DNA of 64,000 nucleotides from Nymphaea colorata (taxonomy: Eukaryota). The position numbers and the translations under genes are program-made. The DNA is taken from the NCBI RefSeq assembly GCF_008831285.2, contig NC_045138.2:15252001-15316000 (forward strand), in the 5' to 3' direction. Below, piece by piece: positions 13,786-26,096 of the stretch (its first letter is position 1; every line of letters starts with the position of its first letter). The notes beneath the pieces are model-generated. The model was not told where the DNA came from. It worked only from the letters and a program-made list of their open reading frames with translations, and ran no database searches.

Positions 13786-14740
13786 TGTATATATAATTTT
13801 ATTCTATGTTGTTATCCCTGCAAATAATCGTGTTTGAAACTGGGAATTTATACCTCTTTTTTCACCAAAAGGGTGTATTTTTCATGTTTTTACAAGAATT
13901 TATTTTCTCAAAATTCACTTTTGCCCTTATAGAAGTTTATCTGAAAGGGTGTTTTTGTCATTTCTTGCTCCAAACACCCAGTCTAACCTAACATATAACC
14001 TGCGCTGCCTGAGTTTGAGTTGCGTGCGCCGCTCGTTTCAGGCAACAACCTGTTGCTGCATGCCTCGTTAACATTTTCCATCTACAAACATTGATGGGGC
14101 ATCCTTTGTGAATAATTTTCTGAATTCAAGCCTGATTTATAGTTTTCTAACACTTGGCCGGTGATTCGGTATTAGTCTACAGTGAGGAGGTTTATTATAA
14201 TTAATGATATATTGTCATCCGACAAATTCGAGACCCGGTGGACCCAGCAATCCACGGCCGTCACCTTCTTCAAAGGATAGGTCTGAATCTCGACTATCTC
14301 TTTCGTGGGTTCATGATAGAGATGTTAATATTTCGAATATTATTTCAAGGTCCATACAAAATTATATTATTTCAAGGCCCATACAAAATTTAAAGCTCTG
14401 TATCTTCCAATTTTGTCGGATGGCTTTGAGGAGGCGCCAAATTTAAAGTTCATTCACTACATTTGATCAGTAACTGTCTATCTAATGCGTCATAAAAGAA
14501 CAAAAAGTGTCAATTGAGTGGGAAATTTGTTTTTATTACCCGAGCACAAGAATAGATTATATGTGAATCTCAAATTATATGAGTCCAAGTTTAGTTGAAA
14601 AATATCTAATTATTGCTGAATCAAACTGGATCCGTCTCCTTCCAACCTTTTATTGACAAAAAATGATACAAATTGCTATACATCAGATTATTTGAGATTG
14701 ACAATAACTAAATTGGATTTGAATTCACTAACCTCCAAAA
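13430..14740 (+). repeat. Segmental duplication, copy 1 of a ~1.3-kb non-coding block (copy 2 at about 20370-21730)
   Basis: Colinear similarity from tgatctgactccaacatg to gatttgaattca.taa.ctcc. Confidence 0.85.
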
Positions 14741-14752
14741 CCAAAACAATTG

Positions 14753-17700
14753 GCCATGCTGCCAAGAATTGCAGTTAACCATTGGCTATCTTTACACCGA
14801 TTCAATTCACCTCATCCCACTTTGCCGGATGTGCGAACTAAGGCTCTGGTACCAATAGTATAATAACAATGTTGTGCTTCTTTTCTTATAACGACTGCAA
14901 CATTTTGGGCATCATTCGGTTTGAGAACACAGTCAAGGAAATAGTTAAAACATGAACTCCATAATTCACCATGCTGCTTCTTTACTTGTCTTATACGATC
15001 AAAAAAACATTTTCGAAGCAGCAATCCTTTGTGCCTTTCCGATCTTGGCAATTCAAATAGTACTCAGTGTGATTTCATTTCCGATGTCCCCAAGCATAGT
15101 CAGTACTATGATTTTTAGACTGAGTCTCTCTCCAAAGTCTGACTTGTCCCAACGTAGTAATCCTCAAACCCTCTAGTCGTTGTTGACATAGAGTAGTTGA
15201 GCGATTCAATCGTCGTCCCTACCATAACAGGTCGAGCTTCCACTGATGTGCTTGCCATCGCAGCATTACTATCAGCTTTCTCTGCAGATGAGTCTGCGAT
15301 GCACCTTCAGTCGATGAACCTGTTCAATCTCCAGCCATGCTACAAAGAATTGCAGCTAACCATTTGCAACCTCTACATTGACTCAATTCTCCTCATCCCA
15401 CCTTGCCAGATGTGTGAACTGAGACACTGATATCAGTTGTATAAGAACCACGTCGTGCTTCTTTTCTTGCAACTGCTATAGCATCTTGGACATCCTTCTG
15501 TTTGAGAACACAGTCAAGGAAATAGCTGAAACATGGACTCCATAATTTGGCAAGCTGCTTCCTTGCTTGTCTTAGACGATCAAAGAAACAACATTTTTGA
15601 AGCAGCAACCCTTTGTGCCTCTTCGATTTTGGCAACTCAAACAGTACTCCACGTGACTTCATTCTCAATGTTAGCACTACTATCGGCTTTCTCTACAGAC
15701 GAGTTTGTGGTCCACCTTCAGTCGATGAACATGTTTAACCTCCCGCTATGCTGCCAAAAATTATAGCTAACCGTTGGCTACCTCTACACTAACTCAATTT
15801 ACATCGTCTCACCTTGTTAGATGTGCGAACCGATGCTCTGATACCACTTGTATAAGAACCATGTCGTGCTTCTTTTCTGGCAACTGCCCCAACATTTTAG
15901 GCATCATTCGGTTTGATAACACAGTCAATGGAAGAGCTGAAACATGGACTCCATAATTCGCCAAACTGTTTCCTTATTTGTCTTAGACGATAAAAAAACA
16001 ACATTTTTGAAGCAGTAAACCTTTGTGTCTCTCCGATCTTGGCAACCCAAACAGTACTCCGTGTGACTTCAGTCCCGATGTTAGCACTACTATCAGCTTT
16101 CTTTGCAGACGAGTTTGTGGTCCACCTGATGAACATGTTTAACCTCCGGACATGCTGTCAAAAGTTACAACTAACCGTTGGCTACCTCTACCTTGACTCA
16201 ATTCACATCATCCCACCTTGCCAGATGTGTGATCCAAGTCTCTGATACCAGTTGTATAAGAACCATGTCATGTTTATTTTCTTACAACTGCTGCAGCATC
16301 TTGGGCATCCTTCGGTTTGAGAACACAGTCAAAGAAATAACTGAAACATGAACTCCATAATTTATGAAGATGCTTCCTTACTTGTCTTAGACGATCAAAT
16401 AAACAACATTTTTGAAACAGCAATTCTTCATGCATCTTCAATCTTGGCAACTCAAATAGTACTCCGTGTGACTTCATTCCCAATGTTAGCACTACTGTCA
16501 GCTTTCTCTACTGACGAGTTTGTGGTCCACCTTCAATCGATGAACATGTTTTACTTGCCGCAATGCTGTAAAAAATTACAACTAACCGTTGGCTACCTCT
16601 ACACTAACTCAACTCACATCGTCCCACATTGCTAGATGTGCGAAACTAAGCTTTGATACCACTTGTATAAGAACTATGTCGTGCTTCTTTTCTTGCAACT
16701 GCTGCAGTATCTTCGGAATCCTTTGGTTTGAGAACACAGTCAAGGAAATAGCTGAAACATGGACTCCATAATTCTCCAAGCTCCTTCCTTTCTTGTTTTA
16801 GACGATTAAAGAAACAACATTTTCGAAGCAGCAATTCTTTGTGTCTCTCCGATCTTGGCAACTCAAACAGTACTCCGTGTGACTTCATTTCCAATGTTAG
16901 CACTACTATCAACTTTCTCTGCAGATGAGTTTGGAGTCCACCTTTAGTCAATGAACATGTTTAACCACCCGCCATGCTGCAAAAAATTGCAGCTAACCGT
17001 TGGCCACCTCTACACTAATTCAATTCACATCGTACCACTTTGCTAGATGTGCTAACCGAGACTCAAATACCACTTGTATAAGAACCATGTCATGCTGCTT
17101 TTCTTGCAACTGCTGCAGCATCTTGGGCATCCTTCGGTTTGAGAACATAGTCAAGGAAATAGCTGAAACATGAACTCCATAATTCGCCAAGCTGCTTCGT
17201 TACTTGTCTTAGACGATCAAAGAAACAACATTTCCGAAGCAACAATCTTTTGTGCCTCTCCAATGTTGGCAACTCAAACAGTACTCTATGTGACTTCATT
17301 GCCGATGTTAGCACTACTGTCAGCTTTCTCTGCAGACGAGTCTGTGGTCCACCTTCAGTCGAAGAACATGTTTGACCTCCCGCCATGCTGCTAAAAATTA
17401 CAGCTAACCATTGGCTACCTCTACTGATTCAATTCACATCTTCCCACCTTGCTAGACGTGCCAATCGATGTTCTAATACCACTTGTATATAAACTATGTC
17501 GTGCTTCTTTTCTTGCAACTGCTGCAGCATCTTGGACATCATTCAGTTTGAGAATGCAGTTAAGGAAATAGCTGAAACATGAACTCCATAATTCAACAAG
17601 CTACTTCCTTGTCTTAGGCGATCAAAGAAACAACATTTTCGAAGCAGCAATTCTTCGTGCCTTTTCGATCTTGGCAACTCAAACAATACTCTATGTGACT

Positions 17701-19215
17701 TCATTCCCGATGTCAACACTACTGTCAGCTTTCTCTGCAGATGAGTTTGTGGTCCACCTGTGTAGACTCAATCCACATCGTCCCACCTTGCCAGATGTGT
17801 GAACCGAGACTCTGATACCACTTGTATAAGAACCATGTCGTGCTTCTTTTCTTGCAACTGCTGTAGTATCTTGGCATCTTTTGGTTTGAGAACACAGTCA
17901 AGGAAAGTGCGAAAACATGGACTCCATGGTTGACCAAACTGCTTCGTTACTTGTCTTAGATGATCAAAGAAACAACATTTTTGAAGCAGCAATCCTTTGT
18001 GTCTCTCCGATCTTGGCAACTTAACAGTACTCCGTGTGTCTTCATTCCTGATGTTAGCATTACTATCAGCTTTCTCTGCAGACGAGTTTGTGGTCCACCT
18101 TCAGTGGATGAACATGTTTTCCCTTTCGACATGCAACCAAAAATTATAGCTAACCGTTGGCTATCTCTACATTGACTCAATTCACATCGTCTCACATTGC
18201 CAGATGTGCGAATCGAGGCTCTGATCCGAGTTGTATAAAAACCATGTCGTGCTTCTTTTCTTTTAACTGCTGTAGCATCTTGGGCATTCTTTAGTTTGTA
18301 TACAGAGTCAAGGAAATAGCTGAAACATGAACTGCATAATTCAAGAAGAAGCTTCTTTACTTGTCTTAGATGATCAAAGAAACAATATTATCGAAGCAAC
18401 AATTTTTCGTGCCTCTTCAATCTTGGCAACTCAAATAGTACTCCGTGTGACTTCATTCTCGATGTTGGCACTACTGTCAGCTTTCTCTGCAGACGAGTTT
18501 GTGGTCCACCTATGTAGACTCAATTCACGTCGTCCCACCTTGCCAGATGTGCGAACTGTGGCTCTGATACCACTTGTATAAGAACCATGTCGTGCTTCTT
18601 TTCTTGCAACTGCTGCAGCATCTTAGGCATCCTTTGATTTGAGAACACAGTCAAGGAAATAGCTGAAACACGAACTTCATAATTCACTAAGTTGCTTCCT
18701 TACTTGTTTTAGACGATCAAAGAAACAACATTTTCGAAGCAACAATCTTTCGTGCTTCTCCAATCTTGACAACTCAAACAGTACTCCGTGTGACTTTATT
18801 CCCGATGTCAGCACTATTTTCAGCTTTCACTGCAGACGAGTCTGTTGTCCACCTTTAGCCGTTGTACCTGTTTGATCTCCCGCCACGCTGCCAAAAGTTA
18901 CAGCTAACCGTTGACTTCTACACTGACTCAATTCACATCGTCCCACCTTGCCAGATATGTGAACCGAGACTTTGATACCAGTTATATAAGAACCATGTCG
19001 TGCTTCTTTTCTTGCAACTAATGCAGCATCTTGGGCATCCTTCAGTTTGAGAACATAATCAAGGAAGGATGCCGAAGATGCTGCAACAGAAACATGGACT
19101 CCATAATTCACCAAACTGTTTCCTTATTTGTCTTAGACGATAAAAAAAACAACATTTTCGAAGCAGCAATCATTCGTGCCTCTCCGATCTTAGCAACTCG
19201 AACAATACTCCGTGT
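14753..19215 (-). repeat. Tandem array of 11 copies of a ~411-bp unit carrying a tRNA-iMet PBS; TRIM/LTR-derived satellite
   Basis: The marker aacatg(g/a)actccat recurs at about 14952, 15533, 15944, 16348, 16759, 17170, 17579, 17917, 18327, 18670 and 19094. GCTCTGATACCA (reverse complement of TGGTATCAGAGC) is perfect at 15835 and 18561 and degenerate in the other units. Confidence 0.9.
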
Positions 19216-19399
19216 TTTTCGACAAGGTTTCGGTGCATAGACTGTCGATACAGGTCCAGACTGCTTACATGTGTCAATAAAAACAACCAGGACATTTCCC
19301 AGCGTTGCTGAAGGTCCAATCTTGGCCATTGAAATTCATCATAGTACCAACGTAGAATGCGAAGGAAGGAGAGATAGAGAAAAGGCATGCCCGACAAAT

Positions 19400-20110
19400 G
19401 CAATGAAAAAATTATGTTCGTTAAATATGCATGGTATCACTATGGAAGGCCATCATGAACCTTGATTACACAATGCCCATAAAGAGCTTAAATAGGTGAC
19501 ACTGACATCCATTTGATGATAAAAAAACTAAATCTTATTTTGTAAAAAGATTTTCTTTCCCTTTATCATTTAATTTTGATCTATCTTGTTGTGATTCTTT
19601 CCTTAAATCTCTTTAGAAGTGGTTGTCTTTCAACCTTATCGTTAACATCCTCCTTCAAACTGGACGATATGTTTGAAAGTTCAAGTTTGCTGCAGAACTT
19701 TGTAAAACCTAATCATTTTATCTCTCTTGTTGATTCGACGAGCCCAAATTTGCTTCATGAGGTTTGGATTCAAACGAATCAAGTCCTTGCCTTTATGAAG
19801 ATGGCAGCTATCTCTTTGGTCGTCTGCAAGTCATTTTGGGCTTTGATCTTCTTCTCTTGCTACTATGTTGAAAAAATATAAAAGAAGCAAAGTAAACAAA
19901 CAATAATTAAAAGATTATTTTTATTAAACAAGCATATGGTTTTTCGCCATGGAAGGTCATTATGAGCATTGATTACACAATGCAAAGAAAGAACTTAAAT
20001 AAGGGACATTAGCATCCATTTGACCATAAATAAGGAAACTAAATCTGATTTTGTGGAAAGATTTTCTTTCCCTTTATCATTTAATTTTGATTTATCATTT
20101 TGGGATTCTT
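19400..20110 (+). repeat. Direct repeat pair of about 180 bp (about 19420-19605 and 19935-20110)
   Basis: Both copies contain atggaagg.cat.atga...tgattacacaatgc and agattttctttccctttatcatttaattttgat. Confidence 0.8.
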
Positions 20111-20369
20111 TAATCACCTCAAATTTTTTTAAAACGACTACCTTCTTTTACCCAAACACAAAACTCAACTTTAGATCTGAGATTTAAATCCAAAATTCAA
20201 TTCTTGAATCCAAATTAGATTCGAAACCCAAGTTCAAATCTAAGTCAAGCTTTTCAAACCCAAAACTCGAAATGGAGTTGGAAGCACAAAATTTAAATTT
20301 ATGAACACTTCGCATCCCTAACATCTGATCTGACTGATCTCACTCCAACATGATCAGATGTTAAATGTT

Positions 20370-21730
20370 ACATCTGATCTGACTCCAACATGATCCGTGT
20401 GGCGTCCCTAACCATGTGTATGGGCTAAGAGGAAGCAAAACACATCATCTGGAGTATTGATCTGCAGTATAAGGACCCATGCCATCTCGAATACTTTTTT
20501 GCTCCAATCGCGCTGCCAATCAATAACTGATTCTTGCAGAATATTAAAGAAGGAAACGTTGAGAAACACTTTGAATCAATTGTTATAGCATGCACGATGC
20601 GTCTTAGGTTTTTCATTGTTGTATTTCAAGATCTTGCAATGCGTTCTCGCACCTTTCTTAGTCAGCTGAGTATATCTATCTTATATACAATTCTCCTCAC
20701 ACACACACACATATATATATATTGTTTTATGTTGTTATCCCTGTAAATAGTCGTGTTTCAAACTCGGAATTTATAACCACTTTTTCCCCAAAAGGGGACA
20801 TTTTCATCTTTACAAAAAGTTATTTTCTCAAATTTCACTTTTGCCTTCGTAGAAGTTTCTCTATAAGGGTGTTTTTGTCATTTCATGCCCCAAATACCCA
20901 ATCTGGCCTAACATATTACATATCACCTGTGCTGCATGAGTTTGAGTTGCATGCGCCACTCGTTGCGCGCAACAAATGTATGCTAAAGAAAAGGGACATT
21001 CTTAAAAATTTTGCAAAAAAATTGTCCTTTTAAGTCTTTTCACTTTTTTAGATTTCGCTTTTAAAAAGCCACATAAAATTTCGTGCATAATTACCCAATA
21101 CATAACCAGGTTTGGTGCTGCATGCCTCGTTAACATTTTTCATCTACTGACATTGATGGGGCAGCCTTTGTGAATAATTTTCTGAAAAAATCAAGCCTGG
21201 TTTGTAGTTCTCTAACACTTGGGCAGTGATTTGGTATTAGCCTATAGTGAGGAGGTTTATTATAATTAATGATACAAAGTCATCGGACCAATCCGAGACC
21301 CAGCGGTCCACGGCCGTCACCTTTCAATAGTTCGAATATTATTTCAAGGATAACCCAAAATTTAAAGCTCTGTATCCTTTCAATTTTGTCGGATGACTTC
21401 GAGGAGACACCAAATTTAATGTTCATTCCCTAGATTTGATAACAAACTGTCTATCTAATGCGTCATAAATGAACAAAAAGTGGTTCAATCAGATTTCATT
21501 TGAGTTGGAAATTGATTTTATTATACACGAGTACAAGAATAGATTACATGTGAATCTCAAATTATATGGGCCCTAGTTTAGTTGAAAAATTATCTAATTA
21601 TTTCGGAATCAAACTGGGTCGGCCTCCTTCCAACCTTTTGTTAATAAAAAATAACACAAATTGCTATTCATCTGATTATTTGAGATTGGCAATAGCTACA
21701 TTTGATTTGAATTCAGTAAGCTCCGAAATT
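20370..21730 (+). repeat. Segmental duplication, copy 2 of the block at 13430-14740
   Basis: Colinear with 13430-14740, with a ~140-bp insertion near 20975-21110. Confidence 0.85.
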
Positions 21731-22867
21731 ATGAGATACACTGATATACATACATCTGATTATTTGAGATTGGCAATATCCTGGTGCCTTGGGACCTGGC
21801 TTCAGTAGGAATATAACCGGATCGAGTTGTGTGTGAACTTGCATGGAAAAGCTGAAGGCGAAATCCCATGGCAATCGGTTGCTGGCTAACATTCTATGCG
21901 TTCAAGTTCTCAAGATTGTTAAAATACACTTAAGCGAGTTTCACCGAAACTTACTGCGTTGAACAGAAGGCAAAGTCGTTGACGTATGGCCAGTGACTTA
22001 TCCGCGTCACATTTTATATTTATCAAGCGCATCAACCGAACTTTCCACTTAGCACCAATTCAGTTGGCCCCTCCATATCTTTTTTTTATATATAAAAGTT
22101 AGTTACTAACGTATCATAATGCGGTCTCGATTTCGTGTGTATTTTAAAGTTGGATTTGGATTCTGATGTGAAGGTAAAAGTAGATTATTCAGGTTGCGAA
22201 TTTAAATAATCCATTCAAATGTTGTCAGGACTTTTCTTCAGCAGTATTCATATGCGAATTTGAACCCGAACATCTAGTTCGTAGATGCGATGAAGCCGAC
22301 CATAACGAACAAACTGTAGTAGTCCACAAGTTTCTTTTGCTAAGAAAATGTCGTGGGCCATGAAATCCTCTTTCTCGTGGAATTTTTTGGAAACTAAGCT
22401 GGCCTTTACGTATACCATGCACTTCTCTTGACGTTGATTTTTTTCTTCTATTGACCGTAGCATAAAAATTATGTAGTTAGTCCACAAGTTTCATTTGCTA
22501 AGAAAACATGGTGGGCCATGAAATCCACTTTCTCGTGGAATTTTTTTGAAACTAAGCTGGCCTGGCAATCTCGAATGAAAAATCCAACTTGAATCTCGAT
22601 CGGTGTAGACTGCCTATAATCCAATCCGGGTTTTGATTGGAGATCAAACCAAATCCGATCTGATGCCGTTCTTTTTAGAATTTGGATCGGGTATCCGAGC
22701 TAACATGACCCGTTTGAACCGAGAGTGGATTGCCGTTACCCTGGGGTCTCGGACTCTTAGTCTTAGCCTATAAGAATCGTGCCAACACCACCCTTCTCCG
22801 ACCACTGCACCCCTTCCTCACTCCGCTACCACCAACTTCTCATTCTCTGCCGCCGAGTTCCGCCACC

Positions 22868-23482
22868 ATGAAGAAGTTTTTCAGCAGCGGGTTCATGAAA
22901 AAGAAGCTCTACCGTCGGATCTTTTGGGGAGTCCTCATCTTCCTAGGCCTCCTCCTCCTGACCATCCTGATAATCTACCTCGTCCTCCTCCCATCGAAGC
23001 CGTCCTTCGTGCTCCAGGACGCCTCCGTCGTGCAGCTGAAGGCCACCGGCCCCGGCCTCATCACCTCCTCCATCCAGGCGACAATCGTCTCCCACAACTC
23101 CAACAACCGCGTCGGCATCTTCTACGACCGCCTCGATGCCCATGTCGTCTACCTCAACCAGCAGATCACCCCGCCCGTGCCGCTTCCGCAGACCCATCAG
23201 TCCCCCGACGAGTCCAGCGTCTGGACAAAGCTCATTTGCGGCACCGACGTGCCCGCCGCCCCCTACGTGGTCGCCTCCATCCAGCAGGCACCCAGCTACG
23301 CCTCCGGCTACCTCTCCGTCCGCATTTTCGGCAAGCTCCGGTGGCAGGTCGGCAGCTGGACGTCCGGCCACTACGGCTTCCACGTCGAGTGCAATGCCTA
23401 CCTCCCCCTCTTGAGCGGTCAAGGGCCCCATAACTTTCTCCCATCCTACCCCTGCGGCACCGACGTGTGGTCGCAGCCATGA
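22868..23482 (+). CDS. NDR1/HIN1-like protein, NHL1-derived subgroup, 204 aa
   Basis: ATG in ccaccATG context at 22868, in frame with track ORF 22730..23482. Motifs YLVLLPSKPSFVLQDA, HNSNNRVGIFYD and GKLRWQVGSWTSGHY. Confidence 0.9.
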   Translation: MKKFFSSGFMKKKLYRRIFWGVLIFLGLLLLTILIIYLVLLPSKPSFVLQDASVVQLKATGPGLITSSIQATIVSHNSNNRVGIFYDRLDAHVVYLNQQITPPVPLPQTHQSPDESSVWTKLICGTDVPAAPYVVASIQQAPSYASGYLSVRIFGKLRWQVGSWTSGHYGFHVECNAYLPLLSGQGPHNFLPSYPCGTDVWSQP

Positions 23483-23923
23483 CGTCTCCTCCTCAGTCAT
23501 CTCCCTCTTCTTTTTCCTACTTTATAGGGCCATTTTTTATCAAAGAAAAGTGGTGAACGGAGGTAAAGAATAATGTATAGTCTACTTTTTCTTGTTCTTT
23601 GCAATCGGCATATTTCAGGCTTTTTGATGGAGCTCGGAACGGCAGTGATTCTTAAATAAAATTCCTGTTGAAATTTTCTTATTGCCCTTTTAATGTTCTC
23701 TTCATTCTTCATGACTTGGATTACTTGATAAGGAAAACAGTTTCTATAATCATAATTTCATTCATGAATGAAGCCTTGAGACAAGCTGCTTGCAGTTCAT
23801 GTCTCAAAGCATACTGAGGAGCCAAACAATCTGAAAGGATATAGTGTATATAATGCTTCAGTATATAACTGCTAAGACGACACAGTCTTCTTAGTTTCTT
23901 TCTTGTTTCAAATATGATTCTTT

Positions 23924-25247
23924 CACTGGCGGAGCCAGAATTTTTTGGCTATGGGGCACTAGTACATAGTTTGTCAAAAAAAATTTCAACTGAACTACTT
24001 TGATTCAACTACTCTTGAATGTGCTTTATACCTTATCAGACTCTACTCACTTTATGATGAAAAAAGATATCCTTGGTGCATAATAGCATTGCCTTTATAA
24101 CATAGCAAGATCAAACATATTAAAATTGATTTTCATTTCATTAACAGACAACTGCAAAGTATATTTCTTGTTGAAAAACATAAAACAATAACATAAAAGA
24201 ACTTAGGAGATTAACGTGGAGCATATTTTCTTTACCCACGGAAGGCCATCGGCCTTGACATTGACAAAGTATGTCAATCCCTTATATAGGCATTACAGAT
24301 GAGATAACTCCTTATTTTAAGGAGTTGTTACAAGATATTCATTATCAACAAAACCGTTCCTTGATTTTTGCTGTAACTATTTCTATAATCCATCACCTTG
24401 ATTTTTGCCATGATCCTTTCCAAACGATCCTTACCATGATGCTGGCATCCTTATCATATGTGTGTGTCGTTAACCATCATTCTTTTCATTTCTACAATAA
24501 CAAATTTCATATATCATGTCAAAAGCCATTTGGGTTGCATTTTTTGGTCGAATGACCATAGTTAAAGGATTGCATGAATAAGAGATTAAATATCCACACA
24601 TCAGATGCCACATGGGAATCTATAGATCAAACGTGAAGTCAGTCGTAGAACAGAGAAAGTTTCTTGAGGATTTTTAAAATTAAACCTGTACAATGTCTAT
24701 TGAGCAGTGGGCATACTGTCTTTTTTATGATGTTACTTGCAGAAATCAGACATCATACTGTAAGATGTCTATTGAGCAGTTGACATCCAAATATGTAAGA
24801 TGCTTAAGGTAAATGACTAATGATATGGGGACTGGGGTTCATATTTGGCAAAGTTAGGGCAACTCATGTTTGCATCAAATATCTTAGGAAACAGAGACGC
24901 ATCAAATATCTTGGGAAACAGAGACATTTTCTGGCGAATTTAAGAAGAAAAGGCCCCTGCCTTAAAACAAAATTTCCCCACCAACAGAAATGAAAAACAC
25001 CTGATGCCATCCGAGTCTTATCTACAGCAACCTTTTCGTCTGAGTTTCTACTTTTGGGTGAAATTCCAATGGGCGGGTGACTGTTTTATGTTTTCTGGAG
25101 CTGGATCGCTGTGAACGGCTGAGACCCGATCTGTTTTGGCGTGGGCAACACGGGCGTGAGGCTGGGTTGAGGCTCCATTTGACATGTAGCTTTCTTTGGC
25201 TGGCGTGGGCAGGCGCCCACGCCTGCCCCACGCTGGCTCCGCCACTG
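23924..25247. mobile_element. Non-autonomous hAT element, 1324 bp
   Basis: 15-bp TIRs cactggcggagccag / ctggctccgccactg (1 mismatch), perfect 8-bp TSD gattcttt (23916-23923, 25248-25255), no transposase ORF. Confidence 0.88.
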
Positions 25248-25829
25248 GATTCTTTCCACAACATCCAGACCAGTCAAGTCTCCAACATAGGGAAATATTG
25301 ATGACTTGTTTCATGTTTGTGTACCTTTAACGTGAGTTTCAAGGTGGTGCGAGATCACTGAGATGTCAGATCCAATAATTTAAGCTTAAACCTCTTTATC
25401 CGATCTCAAATTTGATTCTTTGACCACATATACAGGATTTCAACTCTTCATTTTTTATACAGTGGTGAAATCTAGTAATCTAGTGTTTGTTTACTCTATA
25501 TGCTCCACCTAAAAGAGATTTCAGATATACCTCATATCTTAATTCCAAGGCTACACTTTAGTAAAGTGGCAGAGATCCATGGTGGCAGATGTGGGCAAGA
25601 AAATTTAAAAATGATAGTATGATGAGCTTAAAATTTAGTTGAGAGCCCACGTGATCAAACTTATGCTGGTGATTCGAGTGCCCCTCAACCAAAATATCGT
25701 TGGCCCTTTAACTTTAATAGACGCCGTAGAACCTAACATGGATCAGTCTTTTTTGTAATTTCAAGCATATGAATGTAACCAGATTGAGTTGTATGTGTGA
25801 AGTTTTGTGGAAAAATCTGAAGGTGAAAT

Positions 25830-26096
25830 CATAGTGGGCTGACTCACTGAGTTGGCTCAAAAATCACTTGAGTCAGCTCGGATCGCTAGAAAACCTGACC
25901 ACAAGTTAAGGTTAGCTCGGTTCGTCCCTAACTCCTACTTAACTCAGTCCTGACTCGTTCTGACTCACCCGATTTAGATTGTTTTAAAACTTAATTGAGT
26001 CGACGAGTCTACTCACCAAGTTGGCGAGTCAATTTGCTGACCCGTTGATTTTGTCATTTGTCGATATGAGTTCGAGTCATGGGTTTGCCAATTATG
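25830..26096. mobile_element. Non-autonomous hAT-type MITE (same family as 4407-4633)
   Basis: Ends catagtg / aattatg with perfect 8-bp TSD ggtgaaat. The paralogous empty site is at about 21855-21870. Confidence 0.82.

Noticed and set aside
16050..16125. Faint resemblance of the array unit (- strand gatagtagtgctaacatcggg...gaagtc) to the 5S rRNA internal promoter, as in Cassandra TRIMs
   Set aside because: It needs two gaps of several bases and many mismatches, so it is not supportable without an Infernal RF00001 search.
14753..19215. Array as a protein-coding repeat (unit = 137 codons, many short ORFs on both strands)
   Set aside because: Most units carry stops or frameshifting indels, and no domain is recognisable.
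14753..19215. CRISPR-like array
   Set aside because: Eukaryotic context, ~411-bp units with no unique spacers, and no cas genes.
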